From positions 57,722,001 to 57,786,000 of the forward strand of contig JAGIQG010000010.1 of assembly GCA_024679065.1 (NCBI GenBank): DNA of 64,000 bases, in the 5' to 3' direction. Origin of the DNA: Sphyrna mokarran. Lineage: Eukaryota. Positions within the stretch are counted from its first letter, which is position 1, and each line of letters starts with the position of its first letter. Positions 1 to 10,796 of the stretch are shown in pieces. A model generated the notes under the pieces. That model was not told the DNA's origin. It worked only from the letters and a program-made list of their open reading frames with translations, and did not search any database. The position numbers were made by a program, and so were the translations under genes.

Positions 1-41
1 ACACCCAAAAATAGGTGCAGCGCAATGGTAAAATCAGGCCC
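1..41. mobile_element. Right end of a Harbinger-like TIR element (continues left of window)
   Basis: CACCCAAAAATAGGTGCAGCGCAATGGTAAAATCAGGCCC closely matches the right end of the 20696-21806 element. Confidence 0.6.
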
Positions 42-189
42 AAAGTGTCCATGTGGCATTTTTCAAGCTGAGCCAGGTATTTCTTTTTTATCTGGATCCT
101 TTTTATCTGCTCATCTTTTGCATATGATAGGGTATTGTGTGTTGCCAGATTTGAACAGAAACCCTGAACATTATTCTCGCTCAAAATTA

Positions 190-1262
190 TGGTAGCAATA
201 TTCTTGCCGCAAATGCCTGGCGCTGAACACGTTAGAGCAGTGCAGGGACAGAGAATCGCGGGTGAGTGTTTCAGCGCATTCTGCACTAGCACAAAACTCT
301 GTCAGTATCTTCCGACCCTACATTTCAAGACGTAATCTGCTTCCCACCCTGTAAGTTCATGGCTGGATCTTCCCTGCTGTAGGGATAGTCTGAACCCCGT
401 GTGAATCACTGGAGATCTCTGCAAATGGAGACCAGGTGTGAAGGCCACAGCGAGTTGGCTTGGAGGCCATTCAGTTCCTTGGTTTGGAGACATGACTGGG
501 CATTACCCATTTGGCAGTGCCAAGGAGGCTGGGGCATGAGGGGAGTGGAGTCTGAGGGAGCTGTGGTGTCAGGGTGCTGGGGCATGAGGAGTTTGAAAGG
601 TGGGGCATGAAGTGGGAGGGATTTATAAGGGGGTCATAAAGCGAGGGTCATGAAGTGGATTGGAGCATGAAGGAGTATCATGAAGGGGGTTCATGAGGGA
701 GGTGGAGAATGGGGGGTTTGGGATATGGGGGGAATATTATTAAGTGGGGGTTATGAAAGGGGGTCGGAAAGAGGGTCATGAAGAAGGACCCATTGGGAGA
801 GCCCCAATGCCCTGATGCCACTGACCTTTGTTGGACAGGGTGCTGGGTAAACATCCCTTCAATGACTACGAAAGTCTCTGATTCCTGTATGGGTGGGGGG
901 GGGGGTCTCAATTTCAATTAAGTTTGGGCCCTCCTTTAAAAATGGTGCCTGATTTTCTGTGAAGTTAGGCTTACTGGTGTATTTAGGCCATGTCCCTCTA
1001 GAAAAACTCATAATTTTCCCAAAAAAAAGACTACATTTTGGAAAATTGCAATCAGTGCCATCATGTTTCACCCTGGTTTTCTCAGCCAAAATGACAATTA
1101 GGGCAGGATTCTCTGGCCACATGCAGCCCAAGACCAGGAATTCTCGGCTGAACTCAATGGATCTTTGAACTTGTCGAATTTTCTATCCCACCTGCTATTA
1201 ATCCCACCACGAGAAAGACGGGAGAATTTCAGTCTCAGTCATTTTTTGGGAAAATTCCACCC
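190..1262. mobile_element. Non-autonomous Harbinger-like element with G-rich degenerate tandem interior
   Basis: Inverted motif GCGCTGAACAC/GTGTTTCAGCGC, TGGCAGTGCCAAGG motif shared with other copies, GGGGCATGAAG-like repeats at 530-790, right end GGAAAATTCCACCC; left boundary uncertain. Confidence 0.5.
1101..1233. mobile_element. ~130-bp Harbinger-like MITE
   Basis: Starts GGGCAGGATTCTC, ends GGGAGAATTTCAG; core TCAATGGATCTTTG shared with copies at 14116, 39622 and 47923. Confidence 0.65.
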
Positions 1263-1358
1263 TATATATCAAAAAATCTTTTTGCATTGATTATAGTCCC
1301 TTTCAAATTCATCTTTACAGCTAATTCTTAAAGAATTGGTCACTGTGCCTCTTTGCCA

Positions 1359-1602
1359 GAACAGAAAGAAATCCCACAACACCAGCTTAAAGTCCAAACA
1401 AGTTTATTTGTAGCAAAAGCTATAAGCTTTCGGGAAAGGCTGTCCCTTCGTCAGGTGGCTGGGAGTCAGATGGCTCCCTGAAGGGACAGCTTGTCCCGAA
1501 AGCTTGTGGCTTTTGCTCCAAATAAACCAGTTTGGAATTTAAGCTGGTGTTGTGGGATTGCTTTCTGTCTTACGCCAGTCCCGTGTCGGCATCTCCGCAT
1601 CA
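1359..1602. mobile_element. Fold-back Penelope-derived element with minimal hammerhead motifs
   Basis: Inverted arms ~1361-1455 and ~1477-1568; exact 13-bp TSD TGCCTCTTTGCCA at 1346-1358 and 1603-1615. Confidence 0.85.
1416..1460 (-). ncRNA. Minimal type I hammerhead ribozyme motif
   Basis: Minus strand reads AGCCAC-CUGACGA-AGGGACAGCCUUUCCC-GAAA-GCUU-AUAGCU: intact core boxes, GGGA/UCCC stem II, palindromic AAGCUU; stem I has two mismatches. Confidence 0.7.
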
Positions 1603-1698
1603 TGCCTCTTTGCCATCCAGATTACTTTAAGGAGCTGATGACAGCACCATATTTCAAATAATTTGATTCTTTATTTATTGCTGATACTCAATGTACAG

Positions 1699-2152
1699 CA
1701 ATGCTTCCTAACCTTATGTATGTCATAGCACACTCTCTGCTGTAAAAAGAAATTGAAGCACACGTTCTATTTTCTCTGTCTTTTTTCCTAACTGGGAGCT
1801 TGTTTTTAACTTCTCCCTTTCTCTCCTGCTTCTTCCAGGGTTTTTGCACACTTTATGAATTTGTGCTTTTTGTGGGGGTGCCTGGGATCTTTTGTCTTCA
1901 GCTCAAAGTTCCATTGGCACATGGGCCTGACCAATATAAAAATCTAAACCACACTGTTTCCCATTTACTGCGTGCAAAGGAGGCCCAAGATTTTTCAGGT
2001 CTTGGAGGTGCCAACCTCAGAGCTTGAAACGAAGATTAGTGGTAGTTTAATTTCATGAACTTTGAATCATGTTGAATCTTTGTTTCGCCACACACTTGGG
2101 GATGGCTTCACAGCACGTCTGTGTGCCACGGCATATTGGTTGGAAACTATTG
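1699..2152. mobile_element. hAT/Charlie-like MITE
   Basis: TIRs CAATGCTTCCTAACC / GGTTGGAAACTATTG; degenerate 8-bp TSD ATGTACAG / CTCTACAC with central TA. Confidence 0.7.
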
Positions 2153-3240
2153 CTCTACACCCACACAGGAGGGTAACCTTTATTAACAATTATTATTAAA
2201 AATGCTTTACTTCATGTTTATTTCTGTTCATCCTGATGGCATTTAAATTTGTGGAAGCTTATTTTGATTATTCCAATGGATTTTCAGTGCTCTAAAATTC
2301 GCAACAAAATCAAACAGTTTTCATTTTGTCAAAATGCTCCCTAATTTGTCACTATTGTGTACTTGCATAGCTTATATGTTCTCAATTAGTTCCCAATTCT
2401 CCCACATTCTGCCTGATAGTAGTTTCTGCGTCATTATTGTCAATGAAATGTTCATCAATGGCTTGCTGTAGATTATTGACTTATGTTCCTGCAAAGCTGG
2501 TTCAATTAAAGTTCATCTATATCAATATCACATTGTATGCCCTGTTTGCCTATTAAAAGGATTACCCGAGCAGTAGGAGGATTCTGTCTTGAGCGGGAAA
2601 ACAAAAATGAAAGGAACAGTCTTGCTCTGCAAGAGTCTTCTTCTGAATATGAATCACTGCTAATCAGAGCAAAGTTAGCAAGAGTCATTGTGAATCTGTA
2701 GTCCATACCATACTGGCTGTCAGAGATCGGATCATGCCCATGAGGACTAAAATATTCAAAACTGAGGACAGAGGTGAATTCAGTTTTGAATCTCTGCTCT
2801 TCTGCAGCTTTACTGCACAAGTTTAGCAGAGGACATCTCTCTCTCTCACTAAATTGATCACCAACCATAACAGAGAATTTTATGACTAAGAGTTGATTGT
2901 AGGCTGTTGTTTTCTAAAAAAAACAATTAGTGATCTTGATAAACTCAAAGTCTGGTAGGAAGAGAGAGCTCCATCATACACCTGGGTGCAACCAGCACAG
3001 TAACAGTGACAAATTGCATCAAATTTGGTTCATTGATTTTTTTTGAAGACTGACACAGCAATGCTGAGATGCAATAGAGTCAGTAAAAGACCAGAAACAA
3101 TTTACCATAAAAGAAGCTGTTGTTTTCACCCAACTTAAATCCAACAGGATTAAAAAATGGCTTTCTGCTGGGATTTGGCTATTATCTATTCAGGTGCGGT
3201 TGAGGTAGTAAGTTCAACAGAGAAAAAACAGTGTTTTATA

Positions 3241-4258
3241 AATAAAAACAGAATATATTGGATTAACACAACAGGTCTGGCAGTATCCATGGAGAGAGAA
3301 ACAGAATTAAGGTTTTGAGTCCACTGACCCTTCTATAGAACTGAAAAGAGATAGAAATGTGACGAATTATATACTGGACGAAGTGGGTGGAGCAGAATGA
3401 ATTGGAGTTAAGGAGAGATTGACAAAGTCATCATGGAACATGAGACAGAGGGGCTGCTAATGGTGCCATTACAGACTGAAGAATGTTAATAGTAGTCCAT
3501 GTAGGCTAGCAGAAAGTCAGTGGAAGCAAAACTGAACAAGGGACAGTGACCGCATGGGAGAGGAGTGGGGGGAGGTGGGGGAACTTGTGTTAGGACAGGC
3601 CAGGGGAACCAAAAACAGAAAGCAGAAGGAGGCGATCAAAATGGATCAGAAAGTTTGCACCCTAGAATTATTGAACTCAATATTGAGACCAAAAAGCTAT
3701 AATGTGCCGAGTCAGGAAGAGGTATAGTTCTTCCAGTTTATGTTTGCTGGAGCATTGCAACAGGCCAAGGATAGACATGTAGGCATGAGAGCAATTTGAA
3801 AAGTCAAGTGGCCGGAAGGTTGGAATTATGCTTGTAGACACAGCTTGCAATTTCCACCCCTTTCTCATGCTTGTCCCAACACTATCCACCCCTCCCCCAT
3901 GTGACCACTTGTTGTTCAGTTTTGCTCCCACTGAGCACTGTTTATTCCCATTAACACATTCTGCTATCCTATCTTTGCCAATATTAACACTCTTCAGCCT
4001 CTACCATCATTACAGTCCCTTTGTCTCATGTCAGTGACATTTTTGTCAATCTCACCTGAGCTCCCATTTATCACTGATTTTCCATTCTGCCCCACCCTCC
4101 TCTCTATGTATGTCACCTTTCAATCCCTTTTCATTTCTGTAGAAGGGCCAATTGACTCGTAATGCCAACTGTGTTTCTCTCTCTCCACAGGTGCTGCCAG
4201 ACCTGTTGAGTATTAGCAGCATTTTTTTGTTTTTATTTCAGATTTCCAGTATCTGTTT
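3241..4258. mobile_element. Penelope-like element: inverted pair of 3' ends with GIY-YIG C-terminal remnant
   Basis: Minus-strand ORF 3677-3931 contains SHAYMSILGLLQCSS..KLEE, resembling the Penelope endonuclease C-terminus; the terminal sequence (..TCTCTCCACAG.TGCTGCCAGACCTG..) occurs in opposite orientations at the two ends. Confidence 0.8.
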
Positions 4259-4479
4259 TCATTAAATGCATCTATTTATATTATGTCTCTGCTTTTTATA
4301 TTGCAGTTTAGTAGCTTAGATCTCTATGACCGAAATATAGCACATTGCTGCATACCAAATTTATGATTGTTTTCATATATTGATTTTGGGCCGTCTGCAA
4401 TATTGATCTGCAAAAAAACATTATTATCTGACGTGCAAGTAACTGACAAAATTATTTCTTGAGAAAAGAAAGTCAAATT

Positions 4480-4625
4480 TGCCATAACAGATTTTTGGTT
4501 GTGAGACCAAATGTCAGACATCATATTCTTGTAGTACAGTAGTAATTGCACTTCTCAAATACTGAATTGGTTGTAAAACACTTTGTAACATTCTGAAAAA
4601 AACCCTATATAATGCAAATTCATTC
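4480..4625 (+). mobile_element. Deu-domain SINE 3' fragment
   Basis: ATTGGTTGTAAAACACTTTG...CTATATAATGCAAATTC resembles the SacSINE1/DeuSINE tail. Confidence 0.45.
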
Positions 4626-4811
4626 ATCCTTTGAAGTGTATGAATGTCAATAACTGGTAAAGGATCATTTGGAATTTTGCTACTGTTCCATTTTCAATAT
4701 CTATTCATTTGTGAAGAGTCACATTCAACCATTAATATTGCTTATTTAAGTAACAGGTGGATTCTGTCATTATATACTGACATCTGGAATGCATTCAGTA
4801 TTATATACTGA

Positions 4812-5000
4812 CATCTGGAATGCATTGCCTGGGAAGGTGATGGAAAGATGCAATAGCAAATTTCAAAAGGGAATTGGATACAGACTTGAAAGGGAGAATT
4901 GTTGTCACGGGACAGAGAAAGGAAATGGCAGCAAAGGAGAATGAAACCGATTGGACATTGATGGGCTGAATGGCCTCCTTGTATTTTATATGATTCTATA
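4812..5000 (+). mobile_element. CR1/HER1 LINE 3' end
   Basis: TGGAATGCATTGCCTGG...TTCAAAAGGGAATTGGATA...GATGGGCTGAATGGCCTCCT...TGATTCTAT. Confidence 0.75.
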
Positions 5001-5459
5001 CCATTTCCTCGGCCCTTCTTGAAACCAAAAGACTGAAAGGTGGCGTTCTCTGAAAGATGTGTGCAGCTGCACTCTCACATAGGTTTTCTTTCTTTTAAAT
5101 GGGACTTTTCAATCCTATAGACATTACTGCTAAGTCAATTTGAATGAAATTGCTGCACCATGAAAGCCAATAGTGAACATATCTCCATAATGCTGCCTTT
5201 AGGACCTATACAAATAAAAAAAAACTACCATTTTATCAGAAGGATGCAATTTGTTTCTCTTTGAGTAGAAACCATAAATGAATTGTAAATCAGAGCTAGT
5301 GGATTATTGAAATGTGCTGGCTCGAGGAGTGGCTTTTTGTTGTAGAATACACACAAATCTGCAGCAGGCATGTTTCCAGAAATGTAGATTTCTTTCAACC
5401 AGTTCTTCCATTTATAGCAGTCTGGATGCTTATGCTACCCTTGAGAATATAGCTCCACA

Positions 5460-5751
5460 GTCGCACAGTGGCTACCACTGCTGCCTTACAACACCAGCAT
5501 CCAGGTTCAAATCCAGCTCAGGTGACTGTCTGTGTGAAGTTTGTACATTGTCTGCATGGGGTTTCTCTGGGTTCTCCAGTTTCCTCCCACTGTTCAAAGG
5601 TGTGCAGGTTAGTGGCCAAGGTAAATTTTCCTTTAGGACGAGCAGAGTAAATATGTGGGGTTATGAGGATAGGGCCTGGGTAGAATTGTGGTTGGTGCAG
5701 ACTTGATAGGCCAAATGGCCTCCTATTCACTGTAGAGATTCTCTGATTCTA
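5460..5751 (+). mobile_element. HE1-type tRNA-derived V-SINE (CR1/HER1 tail)
   Basis: A/B-box-like head (CAGTGGCTACCAC, GGTTCAAATCC), V-core GGGTTTCTCTGGGTTCTCCAGTTTCCTCCCAC, tail GGCCAAATGGCCTCCT..CTGTAGAGATTCT. Confidence 0.9.
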
Positions 5752-5859
5752 CAAGCTACTCAGGTAGCAATTTTCATATGATGCAATGGTACAACAAGAT
5801 AAAGCAAGCATCCTTTTTTCTGTTATTAGAAGAAATATTGCAAAAGCCATTGTGACTTA

Positions 5860-6645
5860 CCTCCTGTCACACCTTCACTCATTAGAAACTCTTGTTACTA
5901 TCAACATCATATGCCCACAGAAAAGAGGGCAAGCACACACTCACAGCCAAAATCAACACTCCTACCAGCCAAGAATCCTGAAGGATATGTATCCGGATCA
6001 TTAGCAGTCAATGACAGAATCTATGACAGATAAATTGATGCAATGGATCACTCATTGATTGCATAGGTATATAGACATCAAATGCTACCACAGTAAGTCC
6101 GTCCATATGGAAACTACAAATATTCAACCTGATGGACACAAGTGGATCAGCAGTAGCAACATTACCCACATGTCTGGAACTCAGCATTGTGACCACATAC
6201 AAGATCACCAAGTTCTCAATTGCAGCTGAAAAGGCTAAGAATAAGCACAATGAATAATTAGACCGTGGCTGATAATAGATATAGCCAGACAGATTCAATG
6301 TCATAGAGAACTTCAGGGATGATGTGGCATTGCACCTCAGAAATTATGCAATGCTGTTGATCAACCCTTCGAAAAAGTGCAGTGTCCATGTACAGGAGAA
6401 GCAGCAGAGTGAATTGGATGACATGGAGTGGTTCCATCATGTGCACTAGAAAACAATGGAACCGTTCGGGAATGTCTGAACTCAAAATGCCTAAATCTCA
6501 CTCGGAAGAAAGACATACTTAAGATTTTAACATCAGAGGAATTGCATCCAAATTCATTTTCTCCCACTTTGGATGCCAAACAAGGATATTGGTGATTTCA
6601 TTTGGCAAATAGATCTGAAAAAATCATTACTTTCAGGATGTCATT
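5860..6645 (+). mobile_element. Decayed Ty3/Gypsy pol fragment (protease + start of RT)
   Basis: Frameshifted translations: TINIICPQK..(LTAKINT, like KIDTGA)..RILKDMYP; KCSVHVQEK..SELDDME; GTVRECLN; LDAKQGYW*FHL..ITFR. Confidence 0.75.
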
Positions 6646-7369
6646 GATGCAATACACAAGAGATAGCACATCTCTATGAGGATGTTGTAAGCTGAGGTGG
6701 AGTCAGAATCTTCTCAGTCCCATGGAAGTAAGGCTCAGAAGAAGCAAACTTAGAGACTAGAGCATTCAGTAGATAGGACAATGCTTTTCTGTATCCGTGA
6801 TTTGTCCAAAGTCGCTGATCAATGGTAGCAACTCCTCTCCAGGTAGCAATAGGTAGTCAATAATGAGCAATTAAGATCCTATCTTCAGTGAAGATCCTAA
6901 TGAAATGAACAGATTGCTGAGCCCAACAGTTCTATGAAGGGAATCTCCCAGTAGCAGGCCAAAGGCTATAATCTCTAATGATAGAACTACAGATAATAAA
7001 ACTGCACAAACAATTCCCCTGGAGAGGTTTCACCTCTGCTAACATGGGCTTCATCTCTCTTCATTTTATCAATTGTATGCATGATTCACCTCCACTTTGA
7101 GGTGCCCTCATGCTTTCTTTGCTGCCTTAACAGTGTCCATCTCCTCTGACGATGGTGATGGCCTTCCTCTGATTGGATCTGCAGCTTTATGACGTGCCCA
7201 ACTCCTGAAAATAAACAGAAGATTTCATATAAAGTTCTCTGATAAGGTTCAGGTGGAGGATTACTCTCTTAACACCCTGGCAAATACGGCCTCCTACTGA
7301 GAAATCATCCCCCTCTTCCATCAGCTTGTCCTGCTCTGTGTCACCTCTCCTCACTCTCCCTGTCAAGCA

Positions 7370-7735
7370 GCAATTCAAGAGGGATGCAAACTATTGCAGC
7401 CATACCTGGTAACATGTGGTTTGTACCGAATCCTTGGAATCAGAACAAAGTCTGATAGCATGAGTCTCACCTTGTTGTTGCTGAATTCATATTCAGCAGT
7501 ACGAGTTTCAGAGAGGGCAGAAGATGAAGTGTTCAGTTGCAATGCTGGCATCACTGACGTCACAATCCGTCCACCTCAGCATACTTAGAGCAGAAACACC
7601 TTGCGTACGTGCCAGCATCCTCAGTGAAATGGCATCCAGTGGGGCTTGCTCCAGAGATATGCACATATGCATCAGATCCTGTTGCGGACGCAAAAAGGCA
7701 CTCTCAGCATTAAAAAACTGAGCACTATAGAGCCA
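7370..7735 (-). mobile_element. Highly decayed Harbinger (HARBI1-like) transposase remnant
   Basis: Minus-strand peptides loosely follow the DDE_Tnp_4 order (V.DA....FIF; F..IPRI..HV; RY.G-like); weak similarity from memory. Confidence 0.4.
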
Positions 7736-8502
7736 AATGTTGCGACAATGAAGTGAATGGAGGTGAGAAGACTAGCCATTTCTCCAACTCATTTGAAAAC
7801 TCTATATTTTTCCACAAAAGGATAACCAAAGAGCTAAATAGATTTCGCAAAGTGTTAGAAATCAGAGAAAATTTAAAAAGAAATACACCAAACCATCACA
7901 TCTTCCAGAGGGGAACAGACAGAAATGCAGCCAAGTGCTTAAATCACTGTCTCAGTGCAGCCATCTCAGCACAAGTTAATTACACCGCCTGGCTGAAGGA
8001 GGGAAAACGCTGCCAATATAAATGAAAAGCCTTTGCCTTGCATTTGGACGGAGGACAATGTTAGTCCCAGTTCACAGGAATATGTTTCCCTCGGCCAGAA
8101 CTGTCAATTGATAGGAATTTGAGCAATTCCATTTATTGCACTGATCTGAGGAGAAAAATGCAGAAAAACAACTCCGCTAAAACAGATGTGTGCAAAAGGC
8201 CATTCCAACATCATAGCAGATGGCATGAGGGGGATGCTGTTTGGAAGCCATTAATTAAGAATGAGATTAAGGTTATAGTCACCACAGATACTCATAAATT
8301 CTTAACAAATTTTCAACTGCAATCTACCTTTAAATGACAAAGATTGGAAATTTGTTCCATTTCACATGTTTGCATATATATGTAAAACTAGAGAACTGTT
8401 GTTTTGACTTGAAATGGACTGAATGGGTCTTTTTGAGTTCTGAAAACTGTGGTAGCACCCATTTCATTTTAGATTCACCACATGTGGTGTAGCTACACAT
8501 GT

Positions 8503-9188
8503 GGGCTGGAATTTCGGGTGGTGGGGCAGGGGTGGACTTTTGAAATTCTGCTCTATAACTTCCTCCTGCCTCCATGCACTTTCTCCCAGAAGTGGGCTTC
8601 TCGCAGCAGCAGCAGCTACCTGCACAATATAATCAGGTAGACAATGAAGGCACTTACAGGCCCAAACTGGATCTTATTTTTGGACAGAGTTGAGACTTGC
8701 ATGATGAGTGTCTAGCTGTATCCACTCCCCGATGAGTGAGAAGAGGTAGCCTCACATCAGGAGGTTCTGTACCTCTTAGACTTTTGAAGACCATGTCAAC
8801 AGCAAATAGCAAGGTTGCTATCTGCCTGCATCATCACTTTGCCATTGAGTTCTGAATAGAATGGTAATGGAACTGTGCAGTGCCATTTGCATGTAATTTT
8901 TCAGATGCTCCAGGGATGCTCATTGCAGTCACAGTACCCCTCTGTCACACCATCAACCCTCAGTGGCACTCCCACGGGGCTCTCTGTGAGGGGCTGCCTA
9001 CCTTCAGTGGAGTAGACTGTAATCTAGTATGGTCTACTTGCAGCATCCTTCCACCATCCCCAATTAGATGCTGAATTGACCACCTTCTGTAAGATCACAC
9101 TGGGGCACAGACATGACATACCATTGGGACTGGTACTCAGTATTGGTCCTGATGTCAAATTCTCAGTGCTTGCAGGAAAATTCAGCCC
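8503..9188. mobile_element. Harbinger-like TIR element
   Basis: TIRs GGGCTGGAATTTC / GAAAATTCAGCCC. Confidence 0.65.
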
Positions 9189-9349
9189 CAGAACAGCCTT
9201 TCAGCTATTTTGAATCTAGCATCAATGCCAAAGAGCAGAGAGCCATTTTGTACTATTGTCCTACAAATTATATACTCACATTAATGATTGGATTTATCAC
9301 AATCTTTCCTCTGTTGTAGCAGGTAGACAACCCTGTGAATTCATTGCAT

Positions 9350-9468
9350 GGAACTCAGTAAGAATTTAGCAACACCAATTATTAATCCAACCGATTTATT
9401 TGATAGTAAGAAAGTGAGCTTTCAACACTCTTGTGTCTTCCTCAGGCAAGTGCAGTGTTCTGTTATGC
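9350..9468 (-). mobile_element. Single-arm Penelope-type terminal fragment with hammerhead core
   Basis: Minus strand CUGAGGA-AGACACAAGAGUGUU-GAAA-GCUC then CAAAUAAAUCGGUUGGA..UGGUGUUG like the 1359 family; flanked by AATTCATTGCAT at 9338-9349 and 9469-9480. Confidence 0.7.
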
Positions 9469-9624
9469 AATTCATTGCATAACATTCATGTTGCCATAAG
9501 TGATTCAGAGAATATGGTAAAAAGGGTTCATTTTAATATTATGTCAGTCAACATAAATGGATGTACAACCAAATTAAATACTTAAAGGTGTTGTCCACTT
9601 CCATTGTACAAAGCTAGAAATAGA

Positions 9625-10796
9625 GGCTGTGATTCTCCCAAAAGTGCAAAATTAGCAGAAAAACTGTTCTAAATCCCAACTGTTTTGTTGGTTCAGCTCT
9701 TCTCACCTGAATCTCCACACTCTGTGAACTGAAGAGGTCATGATGTGGAGATGCCGGTGTTGGACTAGGGTAAACACAGTAAGAAGTCTCACAATACCAA
9801 GTTAGTCCCAGTCATGAATCTCATTAAAAACCCAGAGGGCAGGAGGCTTGCAGTTCTGGAATCTGTACATGTACAGTGACCCCGATCTGTCAGTCTCCCC
9901 ATTTGCTGACCAGCTCAATCAGTGCTGCCCCTCCAACCGCCCCTCCCTCCACAGCCTGATCGCAGCCCCCACAACAATTTCTGGGTTAGCCCTGAACCCC
10001 CCCCCCCATCCCAGAGAGCCCTGACGTACAGTCCACCTCCCCTGCTGTGGTGATAACCCACATTCTCACCGCAGGGGCCCTCCCTCGCCCACCCCTCCCC
10101 CCCCAACTGATCCTCCCCAGGTCAGGTGCTCCCCCTGTGACAAGTCTGGCAAGCCCCCCACCTCCCCCCCACCCCCCACCAGTCCGTCCCCCCAGCTCAT
10201 CCCGATTATTGCCCTCCCTCCATCCCAGACTGATCCCGTCTATAGAATGGCAACAGGACCTCCTCACCACCACTGATTGACCCAAGTCCTGCCCACAATA
10301 GGCCCCCCTCTACATTGCTCGATGCCCAGTGGGCAGTGCCAAGTTGCCCCCTGGACCTGGGCATTTTCCTTGGGCAATGCCAAGAGGCACAGACTGACAT
10401 TGCCAGGTTGCCCATGCCTGGGGGCACCACCCCACCACCTGACCCCATGGGGGGGCCCTTGATTGTCCCCTTCAGTCCACTGAGGTCTCCCACTAGTTCC
10501 CCAAATGTAGGGAGCTAGTGTAAACCCCTCCAGAATGAAGTACTCCTGGAGGGATGGGAGATTAAATTGGAACTAGCAAGTTCCCAATAATTATCTTTAA
10601 AATACATTTAAAACATATTTTAAAAAGGTCCAAATGACTTACCTGCCTTCCCGCCAGTTTCCAGTGACTGGCCTGGAAGTGTTTGCCAGCTCTGGGAGAT
10701 GTGTATGCGTTCCCAACACATGCGCAAATCCCAAAACCATATCTCCCACCTCGACCCAGTAGAAAAGTTGTGGGTTGCGATGGGAGAATTGCAACC
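9625..10796 (+). mobile_element. ~1-kb non-autonomous Harbinger-like element, copy A
   Basis: TIRs GGCTGTGATTCTCCCA / TGGGAGAATTGCAACC, 3-bp TSD AGA, C-rich interior; alignable by eye to 27323-28353 and 57093-58095. Confidence 0.8.
9739..9805 (-). mobile_element. Terminal fragment of the hammerhead/Penelope family nested in copy A
   Basis: CATGATGTGGAGATGCCGGTGTTGGACT...AAGTCTCACAATACCAAGTTA matches the ends of 12977-13174 and the reverse complement of 1570-1602. Confidence 0.75.

Noticed and set aside
1800-1860. Strong polypyrimidine tract and CAG acceptor at 1838
   Set aside because: Inside the hAT MITE with no convincing downstream coding exon or donor
2506-2868. 120-aa minus-strand ORF and open stretch on the + strand
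   Set aside because: No recognisable protein motif or splice-bounded exon; cannot be supported
5460-5530. tRNA-like sequences at SINE heads (also 24310, 28445, 38816, 40297)
   Set aside because: A/B boxes run directly into SINE cores; no complete cloverleaf, so these are not tRNA genes
8478-8505. Nested short palindromes CCACATGTGG / GTGTAGCTACAC
   Set aside because: Too short to distinguish from chance or a transposon-edge footprint
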